From Ascidiella aspersa (taxonomy: Eukaryota), in assembly GCA_963924565.1 (NCBI GenBank), contig OZ004614.1:10354001-10418000 (forward strand): a stretch of DNA of 64,000 nucleotides, in the 5' to 3' direction. The translations under genes were made by a program, and so were the position numbers. The notes beneath the pieces were generated by a model that was given only the letters and a program-made list of their open reading frames with translations, was not told the DNA's origin and did no database searches. Below are positions 38,301-53,300 of the stretch, one piece after another. How positions within the stretch are numbered: position 1 is the stretch's first letter; each line of letters opens with the position of its first letter.

Positions 38301-41300
38301 TAGGTGTATATCTTGATAAATGTTTTTATTTTGAATGAGCAAAAATTAATATTTCGTTTTAGTTCTACGGTTGCCAGTGACTATTTTAACTTCAAAATTT
38401 TAACTTTGGACAGGATTTTTTGTTTACAAAGCAATGCAGTAAATACAAGAAAGTTGTAGGTCGGTGTAAATTTTGGCAAATGTTTTAAACAAAAATTACC
38501 ATTTGTTTCAGTTCTAAAGTTGCCGGTTACTTATTTAACTTCAAAATTTTAATCATTCAAAGATCTGCTCAGTCCTGATAATAATTGTTTCGCTAAACAG
38601 AAAAAAACAGTTTTTTTTTAAATGAATCAAGTGTTTTAATAACGATTTTTTAGTAATTTGAATAAAAATATGAAAGCCATAATATTCGATAAAATCGACA
38701 TTTCGCAGTTTACAGACGTTTCAGTGTTTTATCGCTTTTATCTTCCCTTAGAATTTTAACACACATATGATGTATTAGGTATTGTTGAAACGTCGGTGAA
38801 TTGCGAAATGTCGATTTTAACGAATATTATGACTTTCATATTTTTATTCAAATTACTAAAAACAACGTGTATGGAGTTCCAAGTGTTTTAATTCCAACAT
38901 AATCTCGCAGCACTAACCAGCCCAACTTACCGGCTCGCCGTTTCCCTTGGTTAGGTGGATGAGCGTGTCGTAGAAGTAGAAAGAGACCGCCTTGGTACAA
39001 GTGACGTCACCGTTTCCGCATGGAACATTCTCGACCACAACTCGGAAGCTTCCCTCAGTTTTGCCGCAAACGTCCTCAACCAGGCTGTACTCGCAGTCGC
39101 CCTGACAAAGCAACAATCGAGTGATTATGGCGTCACAAAGTCGTTATATAAAGTAGGACAGGCTTCTAAACGGCGACCCAACTCTTTAACTAATTGTTTT
39201 ATATAAACTGTTGCCACCAGGCATAGTTATATCAACCCTTTAACTGCTAAATTATTTTTCTCTAAATTTTAACTTTTGACCGGGTGCTGGTTCACGACTT
39301 CTGCTACAATAGTCGTAGAAGATAGCCAATAAATTTCTCTGGCAAAGTTGTTCTCTTGAATTTTTCTACAAGTTGGGTGAAAAAAAGTTTTGCTGACGTC
39401 ATCACCAAATCGATGACGTCACGTTAAAATGTATTTTCATGAAAGAAAAAAAACTTTTATTCAAAAAACAGCTCGTCTGGCAATTGGAATTCGTTACCAA
39501 CGTTTTGGCGACCTATTTAAGTTGCTTTCGTCAGGGTGATGAATGACACCGAACGCTCGTACAATAAATGGAAAGCAAAAAAAGGAAAAAGGCAGAAATA
39601 AACGCGAGCAACAAACGATAAGAAAACGATCATTTACGATAGCCTTTCTTTCACCAAGTCTTTTAAATCAAGTACTACTTTTTTTTTCGACAAACAATAT
39701 AAGAAAGAAAAACAACAATGAAACACGTTCTATATGTATGTTTTACCCTCTTAACAAAAATGAATATCAAATTTACCCCCAATTTATAAAGTGCTGCTTA
39801 AAAGTAAAAATTTACATCAGTTATATTCAGTGCGACGGTTTCCCTTGTTTTTTGACAACGAAAAACAATTGTATATTTGAAACAATGCCTTGCAACAACA
39901 TCATATTCATTAAATACTTTCAATCGGGAAAAATGGTTTTGCAGCAAGTTATTTTTGCTTCGATCAGTTAAAAAAAAACGCGAAAAATGCACAAACCTGG
40001 TAGTCGTAGGCCGAGCCATCAAACGTGGTGTAGTGGGGGTCGCCCATGGCCACGCATTCGGCGTAACAGGCCATTTCGGTGCAGCTCCAGCTTCCACCGT
40101 TACAGGTGCAAGTGTTGCAGTTGTCCGGCGAGATGGTGGCGCCGTTGTTGTGCACCTTACCGTCGTGCGAGCAAGAACACTCTTCTGGCTTCACGCAAGT
40201 GCCGAAAGCCTCGTCTGTCGAATTGCGAAGAGTAGAGCGTTACAACAAATTTGGGTTACAGTTAGTAGCTAACTCTCAGTCGAAAATCGAAGGAACTTTA
40301 AATAAATTTGAAAAAACATTTTTTTTTGAAAGGGAAAATATTGTCTGGATTTACCCTTGATGGTGCCTTCTGGGCAGGTACAGCCGGACACGCAAGGGCC
40401 CGTGTCACAGAAAAGTGGAGTGGTCTGGCAAGTTTTCAAGCAACCCACTCCAGAACTGCCGTCGGAGCAATCAGCGTAGACGAGCGGCGATTCGCAGGTT
40501 TCTTTTTCCTTGGTGACGCATTGCATGTGGCCTTCCTTGCAAACACTGTAATTGAATAAAAAAAGGTAAATCACAAGAAATTACAAATGTGAGCAAGGCT
40601 GTATCAACTAATTTAACAACTGAGTTTTCCTATGTAGGATGCTATATGACCTCCAGTTGCATCTGTGATTTTGTCAATATGCTAGTGACATAGGAAGAAT
40701 TACTGTAGAATAGCATTCTGAGCACTTTCTCCCCTAATTATATTTTAATTTAAATTCAATTTTAGGACGCACAGAGAGCTTAGCAATTGCTCTTTGCTTG
40801 CCAACCACAAGGAGTTCGTGATAACAAATCTATCATGCCAGCAGTTCGCTATCGGGGGCAGTTAGTTATCGACATTTTTGTTAGCATGGAGTCATTTGGA
40901 TACAATGAGAACACTTTGACAGAGGAATCAGGTGGCATTGTATAAAGACAAATTGCATTGAATTCTCGACAAGCTTTCGCACAACCGTTCTTTATTAGGT
41001 CAAAGTACTTTGAAAGCTTGTCGAGAATTCAATACAATTTGTCTTTATATAGTGCCACCTGATTCCTCTATTGAGAATTAGACCAGTGGTTCTCAAAGGG
41101 AGTTAACAAAAGAATAGAAGGGTAGCTCCAATTTCGCATGTTTTGTTCCGCCTATACCCAGACGATCCTTAGATGTGCGAACTCACCACACGTGCGTAGG
41201 TCCTTCAACCTGCTCGCCAGGCGCTAGCATCTCGCCGTCGTGGAAGCACTCGCAGTCCTGCACCTCGACGCAGTGCCCGGCCTCGTTCTGGTAGAGTCCC

Positions 41301-44300
41301 TCGCCGCAGTAGCAGCCCGGGTTGCAAGCTGCCTCGCAAGTTTCTGACGGGTCGGCGATCGAGCGACAGGTCGACACGCAGTAGCCGCCGCATTCCTTAA
41401 AGACCTTGCCGTCCTCGCAAGCAACGGCTGAGCGAAGAGAGATAGAGATCGGGTGGTTACTTAACTGTATGAGCAAATCGCGACACGCCTTTGGTTTATT
41501 TGGTGCGAAGTAATTTGCAAAACACTTTTGTAAAACGCCGCTTTGCTATGTAAATAAACAACCCAAACTCTGTGTACGGCTCCAAAGCGTAATAGTCTAG
41601 CAAAGCGAGTAAACAGGCCAGAAACTATTCATAGATGTAATAAGGCATCGTCAGTATACATTATAATTCTAATGAATTATTCATTTATAGTGTCTGGGCT
41701 GAACTACTGGCTTTGCTAGACTATTCTGCTGTTACTAATCATTAATCGAGGTCGACATGTATCTGGAAAGGGTCAAGGTGATTTCCAGTATCACATATTC
41801 AGTGAAACGGCTTCAAAGAGTCTTCCAAAATTATAGGTTTAATCTTTGAAATACCGAAACAGCATTACTGCAATGGGCAATTTTGTGTATCAATTAAACG
41901 CACGTACATATTAGCCTTCAGACCTAACTTTAAAAAGCGTCCTAGGTCGGTTTTTGTACTTTGGGTGCAAGCGTTTTTATTCACTGTAAACTCACGGCAG
42001 GTGGATGCGTTTCTCCAGTTGACAACGACGCCTTTAAGCGCGCACTGACGAGCGTAGTCGGCCAAAGCCTGGCACATGCATTCCTGGGCGTCACCGCAGT
42101 TGCACACATCGCTCCTGCAAAAAGTAACATCAAACATCACAGACATTCCAAACACGTAGAGTTCAAACATATTTTCAAGCTAAAAATGATTAAAATATGT
42201 GCTAACAGCCGAAATTCTGCTATCGCGTTTAAATTAAATGGAATTTGGCCTATAAGCAAATCACTTATATAGTTGATCACATTCTGTGTTAAAGGCTTTT
42301 AATTTATTTCTTGAGAATTAGGTTGTGCGGTTCCCCAAAATTATCAAAGGTTTAATGCTATTGTAGCCTACCTTTCTTAAAGAGCATAGTTGCAATGTTT
42401 AGAAATCCCAGCGCTATACCGATTTTACTAGATCAAGAAAAAGTAGTTCATATAGCAAGCTCCATGAACCGCTTGGCCTATGGGCTTAACGCTGATTTTA
42501 TATGGCACAAACTATAAATCTTGCCTGCAGTTGTAGTAGAACACGCCGTAGTCGACGAGGCCATGGCATTCCTTGAAGGTGTCAGTTCGGATGGCGTCAC
42601 AAACCAGGTTGGCGTAGTTGAGCTTGTGCTGGTTAACCATGCAAGCTTCGGGAACGACAGGGACTCGTTCACAATCAACGTCTGCACATTCGGCGTTTGT
42701 CTGTAAAATAATTTGTAACTGGTTTCAACTATAGTCCTTTTTAAGGTTTATCATGCAGTATGAAGGGATCTGTAATTAATTAAGACGTTTCGACACGAGC
42801 TTATTATCTTCAGTTAATGTAACTATAGATCCGTTATTACAGATCCGTGCATAGAGTACCCAAGTATATTGCTGTCCATTACGGTATGATACAAGCTCGT
42901 ACCGAAAACGTATTAATTAAGATCATGTCGATCTACTTGACCTTTTTGGCTTAGTCTAATTTATAAAGATGCCTTGACAATACCTGAGAAACGCATTTGT
43001 TTGCAGTGAATCTCAAATAAGATTGGTTGTTTTTGTGGCACTAATGTGTGTAACAAACTCCTAAAGAAGCAAACATAATGCCCATTCCAATCGAAATCGT
43101 AAGTATCGATTTATTTCCTAGCAACACCCGGCATAATTTTGAAAAAAAATCTATGTTCGTTTGCTAGTAGTTTAAAATTGTTTGATGTTAATACTGTGAG
43201 GCGAACTGGTTTTAAAAAAAGGTTTCCAACAAAGATTCATATAGTTTTAACGTAACCGAGTGGCATAGCCAAACCTTCCACGAATTTCCAAAGCTGGCAG
43301 CGTTGGTTTCAATTATTCCATGAGGCGTTTTCCAGTCGTCGGCGGACTTGGCGTTAAAGTTTCCGCACATTCCGCAAACCGCTCCTTTCCATGAAGGCTC
43401 GAGCTGTGAACAAACGTCGATTCAGTTAAAATTTCTGCTTTGCGCCTATGTCTAAGTCACTAATAAACCTTATGTACATTACACAATGGGTTTAATAAAA
43501 AGCTCGTTGATCAATAAATGGATTGGATGCAAACCATATTACTCACCCTGACGTAAACTCGCATAAGTCCGTCCCATTCTAGTGTAATTCCGTTTGAGGT
43601 CTTCAGCTCGATTATAAGAGAAGACAAGCGACGAACACTCACGCTCCCTGCATGTAACCAACATGTATTTTGCTGGTAAGTTGGTAAAAAACAACACGAA
43701 ATAGTCTAGGCCTACTCTGATGTAGCACAAGCGACATAGTCCTTGTTCTGGTTATCATAGTTCTTTACTGATTGCTGCGGGCAGTATCGTGCTTTTTTTT
43801 CCCGGGTAACGGTTTTTTTGGGGGGTAGTAAATACTAAAGTTTCACTTACATATACGTTGATAATAACTTAAAAACATGAGTAAAAGGTAAAAGTCTTCA
43901 CCTTTTGCCGATGCGCAGTTCAACTCGTGGCCCTACCTACAAGTGATGGCACTAGCTCCTTAAATGGAGACCGGTCCGAACGACTACTGACACTTCAGTT
44001 ATTCCATCCCGCCCTAACTTTTGGTAAATGGGAAGAACAGTGCCACTATACACACACATTCATCCCTTACTTTGTACATTTTACTTTTTTTTAGTTGGCA
44101 CACAAATAATTTGTATCGTTGCATTAAAATCTACGAATTCGAGTTGAAGGAGTGGGATGTAGATAGGGAAAGGTCACAAAAACAGGTCACGGCGATGTAA
44201 AGTTCAGTCCTACCGTGGCTGTAGGGCAGTGCCACTTCGGTTCCTGCCACTGACACGATGCCGCCGTGCATCAGCTTGTAGCTGACCGTGGCAAGGTCGT

Positions 44301-47300
44301 TCTTCATGACAAGCGTAGCTGCTTTGGTGCAGGTTCCCAATTCGTCAAGGCCACACTTAACGTTTTCGGCCAAAACCTGTAAAGCATGGTTTAATGGTTA
44401 AAAGTTATTTTAATCCAAATATTTTAGGTAAAACTTTGTTTTTTAGAGTTCTAGACATGTCTTCTGTTTTTTGCTTTGTGTAAGGTGAACTAGTCGGGTA
44501 ACGAATTCGTTTTCACTTGTATGCGAGTGTTTTTTTGCACTTTCGCCTTTTGTATTTTATTAGCATTTTTTTTTTTTTTTTTTTTTTTAAGACAACTGGG
44601 GACTCTGGACTTACTTGTACAGTTTTTTATGACATAATTAATTTTATTTTGCAATTTCTAAAATATAAACATACATCAGGTAAAAAGTCTTATCGTAATG
44701 TCAGCTGCAGATGAAAATACCCATGGTTGGCGAGGATGAAAACATGTATCCAAAGCACCTAAAACATTTTCCACTTTGTGTCCTTTTAGTACTTTTACTA
44801 GTACTATAAATAGGTTTTGCATCAAGTCAGCTAATACCATGCCATGTGTATTTTGTATACCAGTTTTCATGTACAGCCAAAGTGTATAAGTTAGCGCCCA
44901 CTTACGGCAAATGTATAGTCCCCGCTGTCGTCGCAATTGTCAGTAGCGAGCACGTACTGGCAGTGACCGGAAAAGCTGTAGGAGAGTCCGTCAAAAGTCC
45001 TGTAGTGGGGGTCGCCAGTTGCGGCGCACTCCCCAGCACATGGGAGGGCTTCACAACTCCAGACTCCGCCTTCGCACACGCTGAAAAGCAAGAAAATACC
45101 GAGATATAAGGCTCGCGGGTAGCAATTTAAAAAGGGGAACACACAATAGGACCTATATACAAAGCAACAATACGTTAAGCAAAAAAATCTATAATACCAT
45201 AGTATTACAACCAACGACATAATAAAGCCTAATACCCAGTAATTCCCACGACAGAATAAAATATAAATCGTCTAAATAAGACATAAACCTGACGGAAAAA
45301 GTCCTATTTTTATAAGAATTTAATGGCTAAAATAACGCCTGAACCGGTAGGGAGAGGATATGGGCCGATCGGGGGCCTTCAGTCAGGCATCGGCCGTTTT
45401 GGTGTTAACGTTTGGGCGCCCTAGTTTTAACGGCGCTGTTAGGGCACCGCTGCTTTAGCACCGGATTTTTGGTCCTTCTTGGGGTTAGTAGTGGGTAATG
45501 GGTTACGTTATAAAATGGTTAGGGTTGATACTATTAGGAGTTAGTGATGTAGTTACGGTTGGGGTTTGGGGTTAGGTAAAAGATTGTAACTTGCTGTAAG
45601 GGTTGATTCCGACCATTTAGGTCTTATTTCTACGGATTTCGGACTTGTGCCGATGTATGCGATGTTTAGACTATATTCGGTATTAGTCCTATTTTGGCCT
45701 TATTTCAAACTGTGTTTTATTTCAGACGTTGATGTTGTTCTTATTTCGGTCTTATGGCTGAAGTCCCTAAAAAGGTTCTTGCGCCGTGATTAAGGAATTT
45801 ATGTTAAGTGTAAACATCGCAACATTTATCCAAGTGTATCAGGTGTTACATTATTAGAACGTTTTAATTCAACAAATTTTTTAATCTTGTAAAAAGGCGT
45901 TTTGCCAAAAGGCGTTTTGCCAGTTTCTGCTATCGATGTTGGGCGAGGTAATAGTCCTCAAAATTAAGTTGGCACAAAGCATGACAAACAGGGGCGTTAC
46001 CGATTGTGACACGGCGTTTAACTCTGAATGGGAACTGTGGTCGCTTAGTGCGTCAGTACAAACAAATTAAAAGGACATTGTTTTTTCCGCCAAAGTCCAA
46101 TAAGCGTATTAAATATACCAAAAAATTCACAGCTACGCATTTTTAGAAGCTTGACATCGGCACACATATTTAATTATGTATAATTTCATATTTGCCGTAT
46201 TATTTAGTCAAAGTTCAAAAAGGGTAGTATGTATACCAAAAAATTGCACAGCTACACAATTTTGGAAACTCAACATCGGCGCATATATCTGCTTATGTCT
46301 AATTTGATGTGTACGGACAACCAACAGTCGATTTACGGCACACCTTTTTAAAGTGAACATATGGACAGGTGAAATTTGACCTTGTCGCTTTTTACTAAAA
46401 GTCAGCCAGCAGTAAAGAAGATCCCTGTATGCGACTTTTGTGTTTCGAGGATTCTTTTGGGAACCGGCGACGCACGACACCCAAAGGCATTCAGCAAACA
46501 GAGTCCCGGGGACCGAGGTGTTAGTTTCGGCACAGTGTAAAATCGCAAGCAGAAAAAGAGAGAGAGGAAAGGCGAATTAGAGTCGTGCTTCGTTGTTCGC
46601 GATTTGCGCAACACGCCGGGATGGAATTTGCACAGCGCCCAAGTCTCGGTTGCCGCCCAAAACGTAAATACACGATTGGGGCGTTTGCGCGTGGGCGCCT
46701 TGCCCCGGCTCACCTGTAAAGGGGCTGGCGGACCCTGGGTACTCTGAAGCCAATCCATCAGCGTTTCGTATTTGCCCGGCGGCATTGTCGTTGCCGCGAC
46801 ACCTTTTAGCCAAACTCTGCTACCGCCTTAACGTTAAACAACGGCCGCCCTGAAGGGCCCGCGTTGCATTATAAGTGCGAAAATATGCCGAGACAATAGT
46901 TGCCATCGGTACCAATTGAGCAAGTTTTTCGTTGAAGCCTTGTCGTTGACATTTTGACATGGCATTACTAATAACTTGGTTTACTAGTTTAGATCAAGCC
47001 AACCGTGTGAACAAAAATGCTGGATGGTTGCCTATGTACTGGGGAATAATATATGTAAAATATACATCGTCAACTTTGAACGTCGCTTAAACTGGATTAA
47101 CATATTCTGTGTAACGATGTTTTCTATTAAAAAAGCAACCACAAAAGCGTTTTAAAAGGCAGTTAAATTTACGCCGTATGGTGTTATGAGAGTTCGTTCA
47201 AGGTTGAATTGGGGCATTGAGTTCAACTATATTGCAAGGTCAAAAATCATATCGAAATTCCGTTGACATTCGCTAGGTTTGGATTTAAAATGCGTTGTTA

Positions 47301-50300
47301 AACCAGCGTGTTTGACTACGACATTTATGAACCGCTGTCACGGGGCGTATAAAAAGTCTCAGGGCGTATAAAAAGTAAACTTGTGTACATTTGTCAAGAT
47401 ATATATTTCAAGGTGGGCTGTTAGTCAAAATAAAGAATTGTGATCGACAGCCGTACATTACCACAATTAAATAATAAACCGTACGTAGTCCTTTAATATA
47501 GAGTGTAAACGGTTAACAGATAAATACTGCGGTTGCTGCAAAGACACCACGAGCCTTTACAGCGCGGCGCACAATACAACACACATCAAAATAAGGACTC
47601 ACCAGTCTTCGCAGGCTGAAGTTCTGCGTTCGCCGCTCGCGTAGGTCGCATTCTGGTGGGTGCAAGAGCACTCGGTCTCTTTCACACAGGTGTCGCCGTC
47701 CAGGAGAGTGCCTTCGGGACAGAAGCACCCGTCCACGCATTGTGTCATGCACATGAACATCTGGCCCTTGTTGCGACAGGTTGAAGGGCATGAGCTGCCG
47801 CATTCCATGTACACTAGATTGCTGGGGCACGTCTTGCCTACATTTTAGAAAGGTTTCAAGTCAAGCTTTTCGTCGAAATAAGGGGGAAACGTTTCTTGCT
47901 TTAGCATATGCTCTAGCCAAACGCTATGGGGTGCTTTGTTGACATTAAACGTACACTAGTAGGCATAACCTCTATTGCAAAAACGTACAACATATGGACT
48001 ATTAGATTAAGAATTTTATGTCTAAGGAAATGTTTAAAAGCAGGGTACTTGCAAAAGAAAGAAAATATGCCTTGCAAGTACACAGAGTTTTATCAGACGA
48101 AGCACATATCCTTAAGACAAGCTTTATGATCACTCTTTTGAATTGGCAATAACACCTAATATTTTTTTCAACTCCTACGCGAAGTACAGTTACATTGAAT
48201 TAGAAGGAAGGGGAACGTTATCTTGTGTTAAAATCCTTTAAAGTTAGTGAGAAGATGACCCCTGTTTAAAGCGCGAATGACTGTAGTCTGGCAGACAACC
48301 CTGGCTTACACGCTTTTGCGGACGGCGATTTTACAATTTTTTACTAAATCGCTGATAACAGGTACTACAGCATAATAGATGCTTTATGATGTCTCTTGTG
48401 ATCGACTAATAAAGCATAAGGAAAGACTAATAATGATGACAGATAATGTTTGAAAGATTAATATTTAAAAACATTCGCTAAAGCCTAGTGTTTAAAAACT
48501 AAGACTGATTTACATTGCGGACCCTATAAAACTGCTGCACGGATCCCAGTTGGTCCGCGGACCCCAGTTTGGGAACCTCCAATTTAAAACATCAAACCCT
48601 TCCTTACCGCAGAAGTCAGAACTGCGCCACTCCTCGAGATCGGCGCCGGTGGCGACACACAGCTTGCTGTACTGGTCTACGGCTGCGCATGCGCACGACT
48701 TAAGGTCACCCGACTCGCACTGGCACAGGGCGTTGACGCAAGCCTGCTCCAACACCTCGTTCGGGATGTCGCAAGTGGTGAACGCTCGCTCGTCGGCCAC
48801 TTCTTTACAGAGGTTGGTGACGTCCTATAAATGACAAACAAGCGAGTTGGACGAAATTAATCGCATGGTTCTTAAACTGGGGTCCATGGACTTTCAGGGG
48901 GTCTGTGAAGGCCTAATCGAAATATTAATGTATATTTAAGAAGTAATCAATTTTTCAAAGAAAATTGTGTAATTTAAATAAAAACGGTTTTGCAGTGACT
49001 GTATTTAGACCAGTGTTTCTTAAACTTTTTTAGTTTTGTTCACCCTGAGCATCTATCTCCAGATTTCATTCACCCTAATCTCATGATATGTTAAAACTAT
49101 CTCGTCTACATATAACAGCACTGATTTAGACTCCATTTCACTTTCATGTTTTTTGGACCGAAATCGACAGATTTATGAAGTCTATTTTTATTTTGACGTC
49201 AATTTATGACGTCCTTTTTTAAAATTTTTTTTTGAAATTAGTCCGCGGTAAAAAAAGTTTAAGAACCACTGCTCTATGGTGTTAGGTGGCATATTATCTG
49301 CTCACGAGTCGCTCGAAATTCGCCCTAATACCACTTTAACCGATAAGCCTTTACCTGAAATGTAGTTTGTTCAATGGTAAATAACGTGAATTTTTCGGAT
49401 TGTATTTTGCTTTTACTTTGTTGCATTTAAAAAAACTTTTTCCATCACGATATGGCTTATACCGGTTTATCTATCAACATTTGTTTAAATAATTACACTT
49501 AAAACCCATGTTGATTTGAACGTTTTTACCGCACATTTTTGTTGTGTTATTACTAAATTGTCGAGCAAGGATAAAATTGGATTTAAAATGAAAAAAGATT
49601 TTATGTACCGTAAGCTGTTGAGTGGTAAGGGCTCCGCAGAAATCTGGTGTTTCGGCAGTGGCGCAACTTCCATCTGATGACGTAAGCCAGCTGTCCATGA
49701 ATCGCTTAACGTCAGTAATAGGAACAACTGAAATCAGGAAACGAAATTATCTATGGTATTCTTTTACTTTATATAATTGTTTTGATATACTACGCAAACT
49801 AAATATCAGAGTTTATAGTTCTACGTCCAACTGTTTCCGATTAACAACTTGTAAACTATATCTTTTTTCAGATTTAAACAGCTACTGGCTTTTACTTTTA
49901 TGATTGCAATAAAATCCATGAAACGTAAACCTGATATTGAAAAAATATAAAACGGGGGATATTTTATTGTTTAAATGTTGACCAAAGTAAAGAAATGAAG
50001 CCCTTACGTTCGTCTTTGGGCATCATGTCGTCGCTGGCGTCGCCGTTCATGTTGCCACAAAGGCCGCAAACCCGCCCGGCACGCCCGGCCACGTCGGTCG
50101 AAACCAGGAAGAAGTTGTCGCGGCCGTCCCAGGCGATCGAGTCGCCGCCGGCGAACACCACCAGCGTGTACTCGGTGTTGGGGATCTTGAACATGTGGAA
50201 GCCCGCGTTCACGCTCGGGATCGCGATTCTGACGACAAGACATTAAGATAACCTCGAAGGGAAATTTAATTTATCCTTCGGATATTTAGGTTTGCCCCCC

Positions 50301-53300
50301 GCTTTTGTGGCTCGTGCTCGTCTCGCCGTTTTATTCGTTGACTAATGAAAAAAAAACTGTTAGGATTAAACGTTGTAGAATTTAAACTTATTTTCGCCAA
50401 TTTCTGTATGCTATGTCACAGTGCATTTATAAGTTTGAAGGAAAATATTTTATTCATTGGCTCGGTAGTTCGTAGTAGGCCTATACACTACATACAGCGT
50501 AAAAGGCCAAAGTATTTTAACAAAATAAATTTTTTTCTACTTTGAAGTGGCTTTTTTTATATAACAAAAGATGAAAGTGTCCCGTCTTTGTAAAATTCAC
50601 AAGCGTCGCCAGAACGACAAAAATCGCATAATTGCTCCTCCTGTCTGAACCTCTGGGGAGCTACATTTCATCAAACAGCAGGAGTTCGCTGCGACACGTA
50701 AACCTGAAGAAAATGCTTTTGCGAAAAGTGCTTACTCTGCGTCGTTGAGGAAGGCCTTTCCCTCGCTCAGCTGCAAGTTAGTGCCTTCGAAGTTGACGGC
50801 AACGATCGAACTGCCGCCCTGGCTGAAGCTCAGGCTCACGGTAAAGCTGTCGCCGACGCAGTCACCAGTCAGCAGGTAGCTGCAGCGGCCGCGAGACGAA
50901 TACAACGAACCGTCGAAAGTGTAGAAGTACTCCTTGCCCCAAATGGCGCACACGTTCGCACTAAAGGCGGGAGCCACTGGCGCTGCGAAAGTAGGAAGGC
51001 GGCGTCGCGTTACGGATTGGAAAATATAATTCAAAATCAAGGGGCCGGGTCAAGGGATGTTGTATGTACTACTCGGCTACACGAGGCATGCTGCTGCTAC
51101 ACGATATTAGAACTAATCGCAACGATTCGTATAGATTTTTGTGGAGTATGAAACATATCTTCTGATAAGCGATAGATTTTTATGTAAGTTTATCGTAACC
51201 GTAAAACGTCAAATTCTCGTTATTAATGGAAATAAAACCGAAAAGAAATAACAATTTAGTATGGAGAGTAATACTTTCCTTTTTTCAACGATAAAATTTA
51301 TGATAGCGAAACTTAGAGACCACAATAACCACCCGAAGGTAAATGTATAGCCTACAAATCGTGCAATAAAACATACAAGGTTACCATTATATAAAAGCAA
51401 GCAAACACTACATTTTACGATTAAGTTTTATGAGAATAAAACTGTAACTTATAATGTTAACAATTGTACTGCTGTATAGGAGCGTCCTAAAATGTCCGTC
51501 GGTAGTAATCAGTAAAGCAACCTTGTTGTGTGATAATGCTATTTCTGAGTATCCTAGATCAAAGTAATATAAGCAATCACCATAACGAATCAATTTTAAC
51601 TATCAATCAGGGATTACACCCAAATCAAGGGTGGTACAAGTCGTGCATTGTGATTTACGCACTATATATGGCCTAAGTGACTAGGCCAATACTCTACTAA
51701 TGTTCTTACGAAAGGGTATTTCCCCTGAAGCCTCTGACGCCGAACCTTCGAGAGCCGGATCTGTGCAGGACAACCGTGTTTACATTTGCAAAAAGGATTT
51801 TTTTTACAACGTGGCAGCAGGTTTGTTGAGGTGTGCCATTGTTTTAACGAATTTATGTGCGGTGCCACAGTAAATTCAAGCCGAAACACGAACATCGCGG
51901 GGAAAAAGTAAACTTTATGTTTGACCAGGATTTATGAACTTTGAAATACTGAGATAAGCTGACCGCTCAAACAATTTTTGGCATCAAAAACAGACCAACG
52001 CAAGTCCATTTCTGATAACGAATGAATAAACAAAAGACAAAGAAAGATAACTAATGTAGACGAAATAACGAGTAAGCGTGGGTAAAATAACATGAACAAT
52101 TATGGTAATAAGTTTACGTTATGAATCTAAACGAAAAAAGCTACAAGCAGCGCGGCAATTTTAGTGCAGAAAATTATTGACAGTACACAAATAGAACCAA
52201 AATGCCCTAAAAAGGACGACTATTTCATAGAGAAAATAGAAAAAAACAAGGCAAGATTTAATGTTAACGTTTTAACTTGTGGCATTTCATCAAGAAAATA
52301 GATGGAAAACAAAGTAGATTTAGTGTTAACGTTAACTTGTTATTGAAAAAAAAAAGGTTATAGAAGCTTACATTGCGACGTTATACAAAAACAATGATAG
52401 TTTCGGGAAATTTTTGAAGACCCAAATTTCTACATAGCAAGCATGTTAAGCTGTCAAGCAGAAGCAACTAAAATGCTTACGTATTTCAGTGGCGCCGGAA
52501 CCATACTCGGCGGAAGCTTCATACTCTGTCGTTGCCAACAAAACAATAGCTTTACTATATTATACAAACATACACTGTACATTACAGTTTTGCAGGAAAA
52601 TTCCCCTTTAATATGTACAGAAAAACGAAACAAGGTCCAAAAAGTAACGTTTTTTTAAGCGACAGACTCACCTCCTGATTCGCAGCTGGGACCGAAGAAA
52701 CCTTCTGCGCATGCGCACTGGTTCATGGCGACGCACGTTCCTCCATTAGCGCAAGTGGTGTCGCACGAAACTGCAAATCGCAATGCAATTTTTTTAGTTT
52801 TTTTAACACTAAAGCTTCTTTAATTTTAAAAGTAAAATTTAAATTTCTAAAGCGGGGCTACCCACAAGCTGACTTTCGAAGAATAGCAAATATGTTGTAT
52901 TTTTAAAACTAAAACTAAATTGGTCATTTAGTATTGAGTTTAGTCTTCAAACCTAATCATGTAAGTACTAATCTGAGCGGGTAGCATTGTGATACAGGCT
53001 TGTAAATGTAAGTGCTGCAGTCCGTATTATACACGAATTTTGATTGATTTAATCCTCGCATTTACACTTTTTTAAATATTTAACCTTATCGGCCCTGAGG
53101 AAATTGTGAACTTTTGTCTGTGGACCTTTGCCAAAAATGTTCAAGCCAATTGCCTAACCGAAGTAGTCTTCAGAACTTACAGTGGCAGTTGGGAGTGTTG
53201 GCCGGTGAGTCGCACTTGTTGGCCATGACGTTGAACACGGACCCTGGCGGACAAGCGGTCACAGCCACGCTGTCGTCCGACATGCAGGTGAAGTAGTTGA

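Noticed and set aside
45480-45580. TTAGGG-like hexamers
   Set aside because: They are scattered within a dispersed repeat and do not form a telomeric array.
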